A stretch of DNA of 64,000 nt from the human T2T-CHM13v2.0 reference genome, Homo sapiens. Positions 58,750 to 64,000 of the stretch are shown in pieces. The notes below the pieces were generated by a model. It saw only the letters and a program-made list of their open reading frames with translations, searched no databases and was not told the origin of the DNA. Both the position numbers and the translations under genes were made by a program. How positions within the stretch are numbered: position 1 is the first letter of the stretch; each line of letters opens with the position of its first letter. The DNA lies in assembly GCF_009914755.1 (NCBI RefSeq), contig NC_060932.1; one strand, given 5' to 3'.

Positions 58750-59600
58750 TGTAGGCTTCCTCTAATTGATTGAAAAAGTGGCTATGATATTTCATGACAT
58801 GCAACTCAAGAGGTAGAGCCAATTTCCATGCCCCTTGGTCTGGGTGGTAACTGAATATGCAGAAGTGAAACTGTGTGAGTTCCTGAGCCTTCTACTTTGC
58901 TATTTTGGAGTGTTCCTGCCACTATGTAACAAAGCCTACACTAGAATACTAAACACAGACCTTAAAGAAAGAGAGGAACAGTTAGCGCCTGCACCAAGAC
59001 CCCCACACATGTGAGTGAAGTCATCGTAGACCCTCCAGCCTCAGTGGAGGAAGTGCTCACTCTAGCAAGTGCCTTGGATGACCGAGTGGCTGCTCCACGT
59101 GGCTACAATGTTAATGATGAATACAAGCATGCTGGGATGGATATTTTTTACAGCACTGGAGAGTAAACAGAGGAAAATAACAAGATCTAGCCTTCAGACT
59201 GTCTATCAACTCAGCTCTGATGAGAGAACAAGTTTGTTTCTGGGGTAGCCCTAAAATAATCTCTTATTTCATGTAGTCACAGGGAAGATAAGGCTGAAAA
59301 TCAGAACTAAAACTTTCTTATGCAGGTTGCAGAATTATGAGGAAAGCCAAATTTGCACACCCAACAAGTCTCTTCTGTGAGCTTTAGGGCATCAGTTGGA
59401 AAGAGTGGGACAATGACACTTTGAATGGGGGTGTTTTATTGGATTGAGACCAAACTGGAAATCTTTATCCATCAGCATCACTATTGTGTGAAGAACTAAA
59501 TACACTCTCTTGAACACAGCCTGACATCCTATTTGCTTATTTTTTAAACAATGCTTTCTCCAGTTAGTACATACATTCCACGAGAGAAAGAATTTCTGTT
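58750..59600 (+). mobile_element. Possible old MLT1 LTR with ERVL/MaLR internal remnant
   Basis: 'caagaggtagagccaatttcc', 'cacatgtgagtgaagtcatcgtagaccctccagcc' are MLT1-like; the remainder is only weakly suggestive. Confidence 0.4.
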
Positions 59601-60215
59601 TGTTTGCAGATTTCACTCACCACCTGAAACAATGCCTGCAAGTATGTTCTCTTCTTTTGTGACTTCCCTTCCAGTTCTCTGCTTTCTGCCATATAGCTTC
59701 TCTGCTTTTTTTTTTTTCCTTAGATTAGCTTGAGACCTTGATTCAAATTCGATCATATGAGTGGACCTAGGAAGCAAGGATATTTTACCCTCAGCAGCTG
59801 TGAGAAGGGGGTAGTCTGAAGACTCAAAGAGTGCAGTCTTGATGACAGAGAATATGCTGTGTGAGGAGACAGCAAATAAATAATTACAGAGCAAAAGAGA
59901 GAGAAATTTGGAAGGAAGGAGGAAATAAGGGGGAAAAAGAGAGAAGTGTTGGGAAATCACACACACACCGAGTGATGCAGATTGGTGTTAGTTGAATATT
60001 TTGTATGTCAAGTTCTGTAAGTCCTTATGCAGCAGGCAAAGGATGTGAAGGACCATTGTATTATCTCCTCCTTTAATATTACAAATGTTGGAAACTGAGG
60101 GTCTTAAACTATTACATAATCTGTCCAAGGTATATGAAATAGAACTAGAATACAGCTTGTCTTAGCCTAGCATCTTCAATTTGGAAATAAAAAAATTTAA
60201 CGTGAAGAATATGGA

Positions 60216-60217
<2 letters not shown>

Positions 60218-60268
<51 letters not shown>

Positions 60269-60273
60269 TATAT
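60218..60273. repeat. (TA)n microsatellite
   Basis: About 27 TA units with one CA interruption. Confidence 0.97.
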
Positions 60274-61754
60274 GAAAAACCTTGGCAGTTGAATATCTTT
60301 TTATAGGCACAATGTATATGTTTGGTTGTGTGTCTATATTTCTGTGTTTACTATTTTATTTGTTCAACATGAAACATTTAATGAGCACGTACTACTATGT
60401 GTCAGGCACATACAACATCCTTTGAAGTGAATGCTGTTTAACAACCTCTTTCAATGGGTTTAAAAATGTCAAGTGATAGGATGTAGCTAAGACTTAGGTT
60501 AGACCTCGCAGATCTAGAGTTACTATTTTTTCTACTGTGTTGTCTCAACCTGACCTCTACCACCAAACACAAAGCAAAATAAAACAAAGCAAATAAAAAC
60601 AGAAAGAAAGAGAGGAGCACAAAAACAATCAAAAACATCCTGGAGAGTAGCCAGGATGTTATCCCAGGCACTCCACAGAAAGCAGAATGTAAAAAGTAAT
60701 AGATCTCCAATTCACCAAGTCCCCTTAGTAATGAATTCCAAGCAAACCACATTGTATCAGAAAGCCCTGCTGTGCTGAGGAGTTCCCACTCCCAGGGGGA
60801 AGGACTGATGGGCTCTAGCTGTGTCTATAATTTGATAAGACAAGGACAGCAATGGAGTTTGGGAAATGGATCGATTTTAATGCAATGCCACTGACAAATC
60901 AGAAAGGACTACGTGATGGTTGTCAGGAGAACATCCCTGCACCTCCTCGTCCCTGTGTGCGAGGATGGCTTGTCTTTAATAAGTCAGGGGATTACAACCC
61001 CAGTGAGGCTGCTGCTACTGATGAGTCAGGACTCACCCAAAGGCTTGCATTAAATGGAATGTAAAGACCCCAGTAGGTCCTATCTCAAGGCTGTGTGTTT
61101 GTGGAGTTGTGTGCAAAGGAGAGAAATAGCCCATGATCCACCCTGATGCCAGGCCATAAAAGCCTCGTTGCTCATCACATCTGGGTAAAGCAGATTTTAT
61201 CAATCCCCCCAAATAAAATAGGAAATTAATATCCCAGAAATAATAGGTTATTGAGACAGAAATTGAAGTCTGGTCTATCCATTCAAATATTCTTTTCTTT
61301 TTCTCTTTTTCTTTCTTTTTACCAGATCCTGTGGGTTCCAAAGACATTCTCCAAAAAGGAGCCAGAAAATATGATCTGAACTCTTGAAATCAGTATTATA
61401 TGGGGTCCACTTAAATACCTGGGTCTTTCACTATGAAGCACAAAAGCAGGAAACCAAAAGCAAACAAAAAAAAGGACATTTTTCAAAATCTTACACCAAA
61501 CCTGAAAGGCAGAACTCACACAAATAAAATTGCTAATTAGTTAATCCAAGACATCCTTATTTTCAAAATTGTCATTCATCAAATTAATTCACTCAGCAAG
61601 TGTTTACTAAGCACTGACTGAGGGACAAGGGCTGTTCCCAATACTGGGAATTAGAGAGCAAACAAATGACAGGGTGTATGGAACCCTCCTGTTGTGGAGA
61701 CAACAACATCAACAAAGAAATATACTTTATGTCAGGTAAGACGCAGGTTATATG

Positions 61755-64000
<2,246 letters not shown>

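Overview
This is primate, most likely human, non-coding genomic DNA (intronic or intergenic), not a prokaryotic locus. I found no host protein-coding exon, RNA gene, CpG island or CRISPR array that I can support. All long ORFs are LINE-1 ORF2 or Tigger1 transposase remnants. The window contains 7 Alus, several L1s (a twin-primed L1PA3-like copy, an old near full-length L1PA15/16-like copy, and a 5'-truncated L1PA running off the end), a full-length Tigger1 with three nested insertions, THE1/MST/MLT1 LTRs, a MER11 solo LTR, MER53/MER20/MER58 DNA elements, MIR/L2 relics and microsatellites. I see no evidence of a new gene system. The most unusual signals are DNA repair or replication scars: a multi-template insertion at 44.7-45.0 kb assembled from nearby downstream sequence, a poly(A)-less internal L1 ORF2 fragment at 28.8-29.8 kb, and a 30-bp inverted duplication inside an old L1 at 36.75-36.84 kb. 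Alus and L1s are strongly biased to the + strand. Subfamily labels were assigned by eye from recalled consensus sequences and are approximate.
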